Source: Balanoglossus misakiensis (Eukaryota > Animalia > Hemichordata). Taken from it: DNA of 64,000 nt. Position 1 is the stretch's first letter. Each line of letters begins with the position of its first letter. Positions 1 to 13,480 of this stretch are shown here, in pieces. Location: the NCBI GenBank assembly GCA_040954595.2, contig CM082578.2, positions 9,409,519 through 9,473,518 of the forward strand. Direction: 5' to 3'. Position numbers and translations under genes: made by a program. The notes below the pieces were generated by a model that was not told where the DNA came from, searched no databases, and saw only the letters and a list, made by a program, of their open reading frames with translations.

Positions 1-138
1 CAATACAAATCATTTAGACAAAGCTGCAGTGGGGCAGTGTGCCTTTTAACCCTTTCACCATCACCTATTTAATGCATCTGAGTCAATGACCTTTTTGAAA
101 TGTGTACACTGCTAAGATCTCTGCTTGCACACACTTAC

Positions 139-3100
139 TGTATGAGTTGGTAATATTGTGGAAGGAAAGCATCCCATTTGGCGTCGTTCATTAACGGCGG
201 AACTTCCGGGGCGATGTCGATGTCTTCGTGATCCTTGAGATCTAAATGGTTGTCGCAAACCTTCATGGCAAGCTCTAAGAACGCTGACGGGAGTACAATC
301 GCTCGCTTCTTGGCTTTGGATTTGCGACCTGAATGAAGTACAAATAGAAGTAAAATGACTATGTTTTATAAACTGAGGGAACGCAAGACCCATAGAATGT
401 AAGGCTCAGTTAAATAATATAATAAAATGTTCATTTTATCACAATTATTACCAAAGAATTTCCACACACACACAGCAAAAGAAGAATACCTGATTGCACT
501 GCAGTGTTATTTTCACTATTATCAACATTTTTGTTGTCTTTATCAACTTTTTCATCTTTTTCCTTGTTTTCTTCCTCCTTTTCACCGTCTTTCTTCTCTC
601 CCGCCTCTTCCGCCGGCTTTTCCGTCTCTTTGGCATCTACCTTCTCGGGCTCATCCTCTTTCTCCCCATCTTCCTCCTCCTCCTCCTCCTCCTCAACCTC
701 ACGGTCCAGGTTTCCCTCCGAGTGCCTCTCCACAACCCACCTGACCACGCCCACGGCAGCAGTCATCCTGTAGTCATCTGTGTGGAAAGAGGATGTGGTG
801 ATTACAGTCACCGTTTAAAATACAGAAAGTGATTCTTTTAACATTTTAATACAGGGTATCCATGAGCTCAGTTGTAAGCAGGGAGCCAGAGTCCACGCAT
901 GGATGGTGAAACTTATACTTCCAGATGTATAAACATGGAAAATGTGCAAAAACACCACGATCAATGTTTATTAAAAAATCTCTGAAGTATATAGCAGTAT
1001 ACCTACCAATAAATGCAAGTTTCTCTTCTTCAAGTCCAATTTTGTAACACCGGGGGAAGAAAGTATCAGGGTCAATGTCCTGATACCAGTGCAGGTTTCT
1101 CAAGTTGGTGCAAATCCCAACCTGCAAGAAAATATTTCACATCATTTTATAGTTGAGTATTTTTCAAAACAGCAACCATTCCCCTTCCCCATGGACCAAA
1201 CCATGCCACTGAAACCAATCATGAGGTCCAACTGTGTGTAGTCAAAAGAGGCCTTTGAAAATACCAAATCACTGTATAATACACTTTCACTAGATCAAAT
1301 GGCATCTCAGTAAAGCTATCAGTTGTGATTGCAATTTCCATCTCACAAAATATGCAGCACTGCACGTACATGTGTATTCTAAAACCACTGGATCGCACGC
1401 TATCTGCGATTGGTACGAATTTAAAACCTCATGGCCTCACCTTCGTTGTAAATGATCCGTTTCGTGCATAGTGGTTGACTATTGTTTCTTTCCTGAGGTA
1501 TTTGTAGTCAATGCTATCCCTGCGCACGGTCCATATGAATGTGGGCGTGGCATTCCGCACAATCCGGGACTGCAGAAAGATCATCAGAAACACATCTCAT
1601 TATAAACTCTGCTGGAAAATTAATAGCTGGCTTCTGCGATGTGGTTTGGTGCAGTATGACGCAGTGTGGTGCGGTGCAACTCATTGCAGCATAGTATAGT
1701 GTGTTGAATGTTGTGATCATGACTGACATTTGAACTGACACAGAGTTCAGTCTAATTTTTTGACAGTGTATTCATAAAAACTCACCATGATACCGTAAAT
1801 GCTGTCACTGTCCTCCAAATTCTCTTCATTGTGTCCAGCAAAGTCATCATCACTATCATTGTTATTATCTGAAGAAGCAGAAGAAAAAAAGAACTTTCAT
1901 GTCAGTCAGCAGTTTGGAGGGTCACACGCAAAATGTCTTTGTTTAGTTCTGTGGCAGCAGCAGGCAATAACAGTTTATAGCCTTAAAAGCAATACAAATA
2001 TATTTTTAGCAGTTTATATGCCTCCTCTTTATGAATAAGAAAAGCAAAACACAAATCCATATAAATAGAACTATAACAAATGAACTTCAAGGTTAAAATA
2101 GCATTAGAAGCATCATTAAAAAGCACTGCCATCATTATTGAAACTACATTAAACACTGAATACACACATCTCTTTAAAATGCTCTTAGCGTACAGGACCA
2201 TTATAAACTACAAACGTTTGATTATAACTGAAATCATACCAACTGTATGTATTATTTAAAGCCCTTGGTTACAAGGGTGGGTGCACAACACTCATTAATT
2301 TTTGATCAACTTGGAAGTAAAGCAATCATGCAGAGCCATAAACACCAAGGTCAAATTTCATTGGAACATTAATTTGCCGGCTGACTGTATCGGATATTAT
2401 AGAGACCATTACACTTGCCACTGTGATAATGTCAATACTATGACCTGGTCATGAACTGGAAGTAAATTTCACACCAATGAATGGCCTACATGTACATGTA
2501 GCTCTTTACTGAATGGATTCCGTATTATATACACAATTATAATTTATAGTCATATAGGAATGATGAACAAACTGATACTTATCATCTCAAACATATTTTA
2601 ACTGTGAACAAGTCCCACCCGCAGCATTCCACTTGGGGAAATGATGGCTGCTACACTTACCATCGTCACTGTCCGACCCATCGCTGTCTCCACTGTCATC
2701 ACTGTTATCACCCTTGGACTTCTTTTTGAAGACGTGCGGCGCCATGTACCTGTACTGCTTCTCCACCCAGCCCCGCTTCCTGAGACACTCGCGCACCACT
2801 GGGTATGGACCATGGATGGAAAAGATCTTCTTTGTCTGAAGTGAGGAGTGAAGCGATTTTTTGTCAACAACTTTTTAAAATATTACAATTATGCACTTCT
2901 CTGTTTCAAAACAAGCACTGCACTGATGCTACGCTAGCTGAAGTATGATTGAATTTCTCCCCACATGACAAAATATCGGCTAAATCACCTCATTTTTGAT
3001 GAATGAATCTGCCGCAATTATGTTCGACTCCCTGGCTAATAAATGAGGATTATTAGTAATCTATGCTGGTCCTACAGTCTTATCACAGATTTGCTGGCCT

Positions 3101-5868
3101 GGCCCATGCACAATCTGAAATCACTTCAGATAGCAATTAACATGTAAAGCTTACCTTCATGGCTTTCTCGGCTATCAGTTTGGCATTCCGTATCCTGTTC
3201 ACATTGATCCCTGCTAGTTTTGGCACTTTAGCTCTGTTGAGTGAGGTAGTCATGTCCAGCGTCGTCTTGGAGCGTACCAATCCCACGCCACTACCACCAG
3301 ATTCCCCATCATTATCTGTGGATGGAAGCAAGAGAATTATTAAACACACTGAATTATCACAACAACTAAATGCTTGAAACACGTTGAGGAATTAGACCTA
3401 TTACCAAGGCAGAACGAAGATTATACAGAAAGCGCGGTCATTTTTTTAACAGTTAGAGGGCACTGCATGCGCCAGATACTCTATGGTACAGACTATGTGC
3501 ATTTCGTTCAAATCATACATGAACCATAAACAAACTACATGTACAAAGCAGCCTGATTTGCTTGATTACACAGTTTTGAAACTCAACCATTTCGCCATTA
3601 ACCTTTCAGTCTCTCTGTAATCTAGGCTTTCATTGTGGTAAAACGCTCCGGCATAAAGTGCCATGGCAAAGAGTGAAAATCAATATATCTGGTTTCAGTC
3701 AGTTCATTGAAATGCACTGAAATGAGTGCTGGCAAATGAATGCAAAAACTGCACAGCACTGCAAAGGGCGGTGAATAGCATTTACTCTCTCCTAATGGAT
3801 CACGTTGCCATGACAACACAATGCACCTGACATATTATGGGCCCTGCAGAGGTGCTGTTATAAGACGCCATTCTCAAGTTCATTCTACCTGCGATAAATA
3901 AATAAATAAAATCACTCAGATATAACATCAATAGAGAAGAAGAAGGAACAACAGATTTTTTCCTTACTTCTATCGCCTTCAAACGGCGGGTGAGAATGTC
4001 TTGTGTTTGGCGGTATTCTGGCCCGCACTATCTGCGTCCTGTTCTTCCTCAAGGCGAAATTCACATTATTATTGGCAAGTGGACCTGCAGTCACGAAATA
4101 TAACTTTAAAATGTACAGTAAACAAAATGAAGTTTAAACATGCAGACGAAAATCCTTCCAAGGGTAGATCTATTTACAGTCTATTTTTTTAATCTCTGCC
4201 TCGCTTGTTATCCCTCTTACCTTCTTGTAACCTCTGTAAATGATAACTTGACTGAGTTTGCGGCGCTGCTGGGGGTTTGGGAGACTTGGTTGGAATGCTC
4301 GTGGAGAGCGACGTCGAGCGAGAAATCACCGGAGGTAGGTTCTCCCGGTTGCCGTTTTCCACCTCAAATTTGGTGGGTGTTTCTGTTGGCGTCACCCAGG
4401 CTCCTTGGGATGTCTCAGTCTGTGTGGCGAGGGAGGAAAGTAGGAAAACATCATTTGAAATGAAATTAAAATCCTACAAGAGGTGGTTTATTCTGTCATT
4501 TGTTGTATGGTCAATGGTCATTATAGTATTTTCGCGCACTGACTGAAAAGCAAATATTGTCGGATTACTTTGACTGTAAAACAATTTCATTTGTTGTGGT
4601 TTGCCAGACAGCTGTATGGTGTAATCATGTTGATTCTTTTTCTACAGCAAGAAGTGCTAATTTCACCCATTTTGAATGTAAACAAGCAATTAGACAAATT
4701 TTAAAACTGGTTACAATGGAATTCAGACACCAGTGCACAGTCACAGGTCATTCTAAGTGAAATAAGTGACCACAGATTTATGAAGATCTAAACAGTCAGT
4801 ATATATATCACTGCACTCATTGGGGAATTCAAGTTCCAAGAGTGACTCAGTGTACAGACCACTCAAGGGGTTGGCCCACTCATAGACCCCTATAATTCAA
4901 ATCTGTTTATTTGCACAAAATGCAAGTTCATAAAGGCAGTGTGTAAATCAACATGAGGCACAATGCAGTGACACTGCAACACACATTTCTAGGTCGCATT
5001 AAGCTGTGTACTTGGTGACCTTAACAACAGGACAATTCAAGTCAACCACACTTGATGTAAACAACGTTGACAACTAAACATACTTGGCACCAAGCGGAAG
5101 TGTAGTACTTGTACTTCCCCCACCACTGTGATTTTTAGTTTGACCCTATTGTTTTAGTGGTGAGTTTGGATCCATGTACTGGTTTTATGTGTACTGGTAC
5201 GTGTTATGGGGATGAATGGGATGTTCACGTATAGCTGAAGTGTAAGCACACCATTCTCCTTGTCAAGTTGTACGTGTTAAATGTACACTTAATGAGTTCA
5301 ACAGGTGGTTTCACTTTAAGATCATTGTCTCTGTCAATGCCTCACTATTCATCCTCACCTCGCATGCATAACTCGCTCATACAGACACGATAATCTCAAC
5401 TTTTCCCTAAAGTTGATATGCTAACTATGCTTTTCAGAAAAAAATAAGACAGAGAAATAAGACAGAGAAAATTGCAGAAACCACAAAGAAGTCTTTGCCT
5501 AAGACAGGTTGTCTGTTTTTAGTGTAGCGACAATTGGTGAACAGTACAACGACAGACACAGTTCACTAGTCGTGCGTGAGGGTATGCTAAAATTGTGACG
5601 GTTGTTTGATGTTGTTTGTGGTAACCACTCACTGTAGCTAACAACACTCACATGCACACAGGCTCATTGAGGCAGTCATTAAACATCATATATTAGGGGT
5701 TCTAAATCACACCAAAAGCATGTAGATATTTCGCGATTTGTGAGCACTTAAACTTTTTATGTGAGAAAAACCCACCTCTTTGGCACCTGTCTTGTCTTTG
5801 TTTCTGTATTTCCCAAGTACAACCGGAGTCAGTCGTCCACTCTTGAAGGGCATCTTACTCTTCTCATA
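139..5868 (-). CDS. TTLL3: Tubulin monoglycylase TTLL3/TTLL8-like, 5' and central exons; gene continues beyond the left edge of the window
   Basis: Phase-consistent GT-AG exons (minus): 5868-5776, 4419-4221, 4084-3968, 3315-3155, 2835-2661, 1868-1786, 1569-1441, 1121-1007, 777-490, 328-139. The spliced peptide contains glycylase-family motifs [82 protein letters not shown] and DHEDID...[16 protein letters not shown]3 versus TTLL8 cannot be resolved. The catalytic ATP-grasp core lies outside the window. The 5868-5776 and 4084-3968 exons are supported by splice sites and phase only. Confidence 0.9.
3804..3817. promoter_or_regulatory. RFX X-box-like motif GTTGCCATGACAAC in a glycylase intron
   Basis: Near-palindromic match to the RFX consensus GTNRCC-AT-RGYAAC with one mismatch. 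The host is a ciliary gene family. Confidence 0.45.
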
Positions 5869-7086
5869 CTGGAAAAAAAAAGCAAACAGCTTAATTACAC
5901 AACCACATTAAGTAAATCCCAATTATGGATTCAGTACAAACACAGAAAGACTGCCTGGGCATATTTTTTTTTTTCAATTTCAGGGAGTCAGAGGTCACTT
6001 AAAAGCCATTTCATTAAAATTTCATTGAGAATAAAACAGGACCCTGGGAAAGTTGGCTGTTTTTAAAGTTCTAAATTCTTCAAGATAATGATTATGAGCC
6101 TTTCAACAAACTGCTGTTTGGGGGCTTACAGGTTATTTTTATATTAAAATAGAGAAAATTTACGGGAAAAATTAACAAAAGTCTTCAAAAAATGTCCATG
6201 ATGGACAATAAACATTCTTGTCTGGAGTCGTTGCGAACACCTGCTGGTGGCGAGTGTGTGTACCTGCATGCATGAAAGGAGTTCGAACAGGCCATGGTTC
6301 AAGCACCAGCAACGACATTCTTCACCTCACATTACACATCTATTCATATTGCAGAGTTCTTGTTATCCCAGATTTCACTGCTGTGGACACTGTACCTCCC
6401 TCAGCTCTCACAATACATGTACACCCCCGTGCATCGTATCCAAGATGCGGGGGGTCACTCCAAATATCGCACATTAGGTAACCAGGTGGGACTAATTATT
6501 ACCGTATATGCCAGAAGTGCCGAAGTTCGGCACTTGAAGCATCGTCAATCAATGCAGTGTCAGATAGGGGTGACACTTCGAGATGAGAGAACCAATCAAG
6601 AATCTCGTCCCAGCTATGTCGATCACCACTGTCTGACTTCAAATCTGTGACTGTCTCTTGCATTTATGACTTCACAAATATAATGAAATTAGGCAGTTGG
6701 GATTATAAAGTTTCCATGGTAAAGAAATAATCATTTTTGATTGATATGACTGCATTAAAAAATAAACATGGCTGGGCATGCCAACACAGAATGATGTTTA
6801 ACAATTGAAAACAAACAAATATAATTTGATCACCCCCGGTGTAATCAAATTTTAACATGTACTGAAATTGAATTGAAGCAATCACATTTGGATCACAAGC
6901 AATGAAAACATTTTGGGTGAATAACAAAATTGAATTTGCTACACTCTATAACATTGACCGTGAAGTCAGTACAAACAACGCTGTGAAGTCTAGGACACCG
7001 AGCACAGTGTTGACAGTAAAAAGATCCAATTTTGATGTCAACATTATCAATAGAACACGTACCGTACATAATCCTTTGTCGGCAGT

Positions 7087-7100
7087 GTAACCATGGCAAC
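7087..7100. promoter_or_regulatory. RFX X-box GTAACCATGGCAAC
   Basis: Full match to the RFX consensus, inside the 5' intronic region of the glycylase. Confidence 0.55.
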
Positions 7101-8819
7101 GCGACTCCTGAGTCATTCTCACGAGTACAGAATTTATGAGCTCTCACGGAGAAAGCTGACAACTATGGAACTTGCCAAGACACTGCCTCCCCCTAGACAG
7201 ACTGGATGTTTCCCCACAGAAAATAATTCACTTAAATTTCTAGCATTTTCTTTATATCAGAGTTTAGTTTTTTTTCAGTAATCGGATGTTGTAGCCAGCC
7301 AATCTAACCTAGCTGCGCAAAATCTGGGATCAGCTACTTCTAGAAGAGAAGCTTTCCTGTATATTCATGTATTCATGTACTCCTGTATTGTCATGGAAAC
7401 ACAGTTGGATTTGAGAAAACCATTGGAGAACAACTGGCTTGAGGATGTGTTCACACATCACAAAAGTAACTGGAGTTTTCGAGTCAATAAGATGGACAAA
7501 TCACAACAGGAGGTTAAGAAATTTGATATTGCACGTATGAAAATATTACTTACTAAATTATTCAAACGGGAGAGGAAAAATATCTATTGGATATAAAATA
7601 TTTTATATTATTGCATTTAATATTAATGATCCAGATGAATAACAGCCTATATTTTCTAGAGTTAATCACTTTAAAAGCCAAAATGGGAAAAAAGTTCATT
7701 GAATTGAGTATCAGACACAGCGAGTCAAACCTAATATTGCTATGGTTACGTTTGTTTGCTAGAGTTTGAAAGGGTACCTAAACTAACTCCTTCAAAATGA
7801 TGAGATGCACCATTGTTTAGCAATGAAAGGATTTTTGAAATGGGAAAATGAAGACGACGGTAATTTGTAAAGGAAGATTTCAAGTCAAGCACATTTCAAT
7901 GTTAAATCAGGTTAAATCATTAAAATTCTATTCACAGACTGAGCCGGGCACTGTGATCCAATTGCTACTTTCTTTGAATTGAAAAGTCTCTTGAATTATC
8001 AAACAACAATATCCCAGAACACTCCTCATGTACATGTACATTCTGCATTAACTGTCGGTCAGTACAGGTCAGATATTTTCAAAGTCAGTTCACGACAGCA
8101 TACGGTAAACATATTCTTTTCTCACAAGCAAGTATCAAATTGGCCTCGTTAAATCTTGATATCAATGTAGGCATGCTCCACATCTTAGTGACCTCAGACT
8201 AATCTTATCCAAAATAAATAAAATAGCAGATGCCTGAAACTGTCTTGTCGTAAATTAAATTTAGTACAACATCCAATCTTCTAACTCATTCGGAAAGTAT
8301 ACACTGACAACGAAAGATGCAAAGTTTATTCAGCAGATTGAAGACTCCTATTCACGCAGTGACATTTAAGTTCTTTGATCCATTGCTGCATTATTAGATG
8401 CCGTGAATACAGCCACTGAATGACATCAGCAAATTGGAATAACATGAAGGGTTCCCTGTGACAGGATGGCGATCGAAGTTAATTTCCCTGTCAAAGCTTT
8501 TAAGGAAATCTGCAGAAGAGGAAGTGTTACATATTGATCAGTCTTAAATGGGACTCGACGTGAGATATCTACACTGTTGGTATACACGCGTTATCGTTTG
8601 ATTTTCCACAAGTCAATAATCACAAAAGAATTTTAGAATAAGATCAAAACAGCCAGACTGAGGGGAAATATTCATTTGGGAATTATTATTATATGTAAAG
8701 ATTTAGCAGACTTCTTTGTATATATTGATTATTGAATTGATTTTGTACTTATCTGCTTGATAAACATCTTCCTTACACTACAAGTACATCAGTTGACCAT
8801 CAATTTCCTGCTCTCTCAC

Positions 8820-8843
8820 CTTAAGTTTCCTACGTTTTGGCAT
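8820..8843 (-). CDS. Candidate alternative first coding exon of the TTLL3/8-like gene (MPKRRKLK)
   Basis: ACC-ATG CCA AAA CGT AGG AAA CTT AAG|GTGAGA: good Kozak context and a strong phase-0 donor compatible with the downstream phase-0 exons at 5868 and 4419. A CpG-richer stretch lies upstream (about 8950-9250). Confidence 0.4.
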
Positions 8844-9767
8844 GGTAATGAGTTTAACTCTCCCTCATCCATTTACATCTTCAGTCTTACAAGAACCATC
8901 CCTCCGCAGATCTTACAATTTACGCCAAATATTCTGTGAATTCTAGTCTTGTAGCGAGAGACCCCGAGTAGCACAGTGGGGTATTTTATGAACTGAACTC
9001 GAACAGCTGCCCGTAGTTGTATCGAATCAAATTATCATATCACCACAGCAACAGTAGTAACGCGTTCGTAATTGCGGTGTATACCCTTGGTAAATTTCCG
9101 CATCAGAAACCTGTCCGATTAGGTCCCAGCCTGTCCATTATTTTGGTCCATAATGCGCACAATTTTCCAGTTTCGTTCTCTAACAGTCGACACACACACA
9201 CGTCGTAGTTGGGTTAATGCGACAATTGGCTTATAGCGATTACAGGGTCTCCAACCACCTGTATGAATGTGTGTTGTTCCCTCTCAGTATTTGCCTTCTA
9301 CCTCGTGTACAGTAATCCACAAAAGTACAACAGAAATCCTTTTCAACTGGACGCGATGCTGCAGCTACTAGTGTCCATTGTCGCTCAAAAAACAGACCGA
9401 AAAAAATCCAGAACTCCACGTTCTAAAGTTAGCGAACAAACGGGAGGTCACACGTACACAACAAGCTTTGGCGAAGCGACACTGGTTACCAGTACACAGA
9501 AATGCGTGCTTGTTAAACAAATGAGGGCAGACACACCACTCCCCGAAGCAGCAAAATCAGAGCACGCCACGCCCCAAAACAACAACATTAAGAGCACACT
9601 GGCGACCACCAGAGATTCGAGGTCAAGGCAAGGGGCAATCCCACAGACCACTTATACATTCGCGCCAATACCATTGGAAACACAAGATCTCTTTTGTGTA
9701 TGTCTATATGCTCCCATCAAAGAACAGAAAGTGGATGTTTAGTGTCAAAACCCTGAGAATCGCTCAC

Positions 9768-9776
9768 CGCTTTCAT
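9768..9776 (-). CDS. Candidate alternative first coding micro-exon (MKA) of the TTLL3/8-like gene
   Basis: ATG AAA GCG|GTGAGC, phase 0, about 300 bp downstream of a consensus X-box at 10075-10088. Confidence 0.25.
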
Positions 9777-10074
9777 TAAATTAAAATACCACGCTGGGTT
9801 AAATATTCATGAAATTCATTCATGTATGACTAGGCTCTCTGATATTGACATGGAAGTACAAATGTACCTCTGCAGGATAAAATTATTCATGAAGTGCTGT
9901 CACGGTTTACAAGGGGGGGGGGGACAAGGTTTGGTGCTTTTCAGGGCAACGTTTCACCTCTCTGTGCTCTAACTAATGGTGCCTGTTCAAATAGCACATT
10001 AATCAGAGATTTTAGACACCACACACGTACACCATCATCGCATCTGTCACAAAACCCACAGCTTAGGCGTCTGA

Positions 10075-10088
10075 GTTGCCATAGTAAC
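10075..10088. promoter_or_regulatory. RFX X-box GTTGCCATAGTAAC
   Basis: Full match to the RFX consensus, upstream (minus-strand sense) of the candidate alternative first exons at 9776 and 8843. Confidence 0.55.
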
Positions 10089-12952
10089 TACCCATGATCT
10101 GTGTCATTGACTGTAACATGCGTTTATTACATATATTTTATAATCTCAATAACATGAGAAATACTTGTCCATATAAATCCTTGATAACAACCCCACCAGT
10201 TTGTGAGAACACAGCAACACTATATGTACGCCGAACCAGAGTTGGACTTAGTTTAGTCTAAGTAGGGGGTTAAAGTCCAGCCTAAAATTTGAGCTGGGTA
10301 AAAAGGTACCGTGCATGTGTTAACCCTGCGTGGGTCCTATAGTTGGAGCTCTTCTCTGTTGAATTTGGCACAGAAAAGCCACTGTTACATGTTAATTGCA
10401 CTGGCCCTGAGGCAGACACTGTATGGAGAGAATTAGGATTTTTAGCCATTGCCAGGTCTCAAACTGATTGGACATTAATGTATTGTGACCTACACTAAAT
10501 TTTGCATGTAGAGGATGAGACATCCATTTAACGCAACTCTGCAGTCACCATGAAGTTGGCACTTGCAAGAAAACTAATTAGACAGCACACAATAGCTACT
10601 GTTTTAATTTACAGGCTAAATGTAAATTGCTTTTCATTAGCTATCCATTGAAACTAATTAGTAATTGGCAGGAACACTGAGGTGTAATTGCTAATATCCT
10701 TTCAACACTTTGACAGTCACTTGGTGACATTTCATTATTAATGAAAATACTTTGAAGGACTCTATTGCAACCATATCACCAAAAATACCAAGTAAGTTTT
10801 AAATTTTAGGAATCATGAACTCTTTTTGACAATTAAATGAACTCTTTGCACCCCAATGAGCAGAAGAAACACAGACATTGTGAAGGTCTGAAATCCTGCC
10901 ACTGTGTTCCATTGACAGAGCAGAGAATGGGTAAACTTGAAAGCTGCATTGGTAATAACATAGCAACCAGACGGGGGCCCTTTTTAAACTTTCATCACCT
11001 TCAGGGAAGCATGAAATCTCTTGCGTGAATAATTTACTCCCCGCACACTCTGGTCAAGATTGCGCTGAAAGGAATTACTGACGAAACTGCACCACGAGTT
11101 TAACCGAATCAGCTTCAGTTTTTCCTTTTGCACTGCAAATGGCCATGTGGTGTAGGAACTTCTCTGCTAAAGGTGTCTTGCGTCATTAGAAACGATTACC
11201 GGTACATCAACAACAATAAACACTACCCACCTACGATTACAATTTTCATGCAAATTTCCATTGTCACGCATCGACTAGTACTACTGTACCAACAGTCGAT
11301 CATTGTTCTTTAAATCTCTAATCTGTGACCAGTTGCTAGTGACCCAACTAATACAAGGGAAAACAATATAGAAATTCGAGTAAAGCAAACAGGAATCCTC
11401 CTGGGATATTGTGTTAATACAATCATGTAAAAGAATGTATATAACACTAACACTAACAGTGCTGTGTGTTCCCGTTAGTGTGTGTGTGAGGTACAATACG
11501 TTCTAAAACCTACCAGTCAATCTAGAAAGAAACCCCTGACTTGCTCTACGTAAACAATGGCTTCATATTTTGTTTGTTACAGTTACACCATTGTTTACAT
11601 GTTTTATCACAACACCACCTGCCTATAGCCAGTTATCCATCATTCAAATCTAGGGACATACCAGTCGTTCTGCAAGGACACCCTAAGGCAATATTTATGA
11701 GATTGATTAGCGTATTTGCCCAAGCAATCATGCTACCCTGACTTAACTGCATGTCAACTTTATGAAACCAGACACAAATTCCAATACACATTTTCAACCT
11801 AGATCTGTACTGGACACCCACAAGTAGGCGAGCATCAGAAGTCAGAGTCTACATTGTAAATGTATGTAAAGAATGGTTATCATTTAATATCAAGCTACAA
11901 CCCACTGGCAAGCCACATATTCTCGACAAGATTTTTTATTTATGGCAATATGGATTTCTCGTAACCACAGATCGGACAAATAAATAAATAATACTGAACT
12001 CAAAAGATTCCCGCCAAATTAGCTGGAACAACGTGAGTCACCCCAGACAGATTACCCCTTCTCCACTAAAACTCAAACAGTCTTTTGTTATTTGCGCAAA
12101 CATAAAATCCAGGTCAGTCATGAGGGATGGATGTTGATCTGTGTGGAAGACACTGCTTTTGTCTGAAACACAGCCAAAAGTCAACAAGACAGTGATAAGA
12201 CAGCCACAAGTTACTGTGTGTTGGTAGCAACCAGAGAGTGGGATACAGAAATGGTTTGCAAGATTGTCGTTCGTCAAATTTATGTCTGTAATGTAATGCT
12301 CAAGAGTACAATTGTTTTCAGCGCAGTGAAAAATGCGTGGTACTTTCTGCCAGAATGCAAGCAGTAATTAGGAGATCATCATGGTCTGTAAAACAGAGAT
12401 GGAATATAACCATTTGGTTTTAATTTTGGTCTTGACACAAAACACACTATGATTTAGATAAACTAAAGGTAAAAGTTACAAAATATTAACAAGACAATAC
12501 TCGTCATTTCTAGCGGTCATCTTGATCAAACGGTGACCTCCCAGGACTTGCACGCAACAAACATGTCATGTTATCCTCTGCAATGCAATGACACAATTCC
12601 TTTCCAGAAGTAAACAACCCGAAATTTAAAACCACAAAAGCAGCGATAACCCTTCAACCTCAATACCTGTAAACAAGCGCCAGGCAACACCAAAAAGTGA
12701 AATGGCCACAAATGAAGTAAAAGTGGCAGACTATGTGTTTTCTCTTGTTCCACGCATTACAGGATCAACAAGTTGTTTTGTTGCACAGCAACGAGTTTTA
12801 GTCTTTTTGTGTAATTTTTTCTTCTACAGAATAAATCCAATTAGTGTTTTCTGTGGGTGTCAGAGCCAACAACCTGTTTGGTAGTTCATGAAAATATCTT
12901 TGTGTTCGAACACTATTAGTTGGAGTACTCTTGACATACCTCCAGTACTATG

Positions 12953-13081
12953 TTCATGATGGAGCTTTGCCGCAGTTTTGCAGCCCCTCCGGCTCCCCTT
13001 GACGATTTTTGTTTTTGACGGGGGAGCCTGAGGAGCTGCAAAACTGCAGCAAGATGGAGCTATGGTTAGCTCCATCATGAA
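12953..13081. repeat. Imperfect inverted repeat / fold-back element (MITE-like)
   Basis: The left arm ttcatgatggagct-ttgccgcagttttgcagcccctccggctcccc matches the reverse complement of the right arm with 3 mismatches. The right arm carries a 15-nt insertion that creates an internal perfect hairpin gatggagcta-tggt-tagctccatc (13053-13076). Confidence 0.75.
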
Positions 13082-13480
13082 TGTACAAATGTCAGGGAAA
13101 ATATAAAATATTGCAGTTTACTAGGGCATATGTAGATGTAGCGGGTATTCACAGAAAATATGCATGTCTCAATCATGTCAAACTTACAAATTGTGGTTCA
13201 GCTGTGCATAAAATACATTGTGCTGATAAACCATGTCAATATCACATGGCTTCAGTTATTTGAGGAACACCTTGCTGCCAATGTGTAGTAACTCCACAGG
13301 GAAACCGACCAACACTGTTGGAAAATGTTAATTAAAACGTCTGTCACCTCTGGGCCACAGACTGTGTAATAATAATGGCAGGCTGCCACTTCACAGACAT
13401 ACCAGAACAAACAGTGGAACTGTCATCTCATGCCAGCTTTCCACTCCACAGGTAAATTTACAGTTTCTGACTACACTTAC

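Noticed and set aside
427-832. Several plus-strand Phe/Leu/Ser/Pro-rich ORFs
   Set aside because: Antisense of the purine-rich E/K exon of the glycylase.
9263-9742. 159-aa plus-strand ORF in the glycylase 5' intron
   Set aside because: No recognisable domain, no partner exons, and composition like promoter or intron DNA.
12860-13078. 72-aa minus-strand ORF as the next exon after 13481
   Set aside because: Coincides with an inverted-repeat element, which explains the sequence better.
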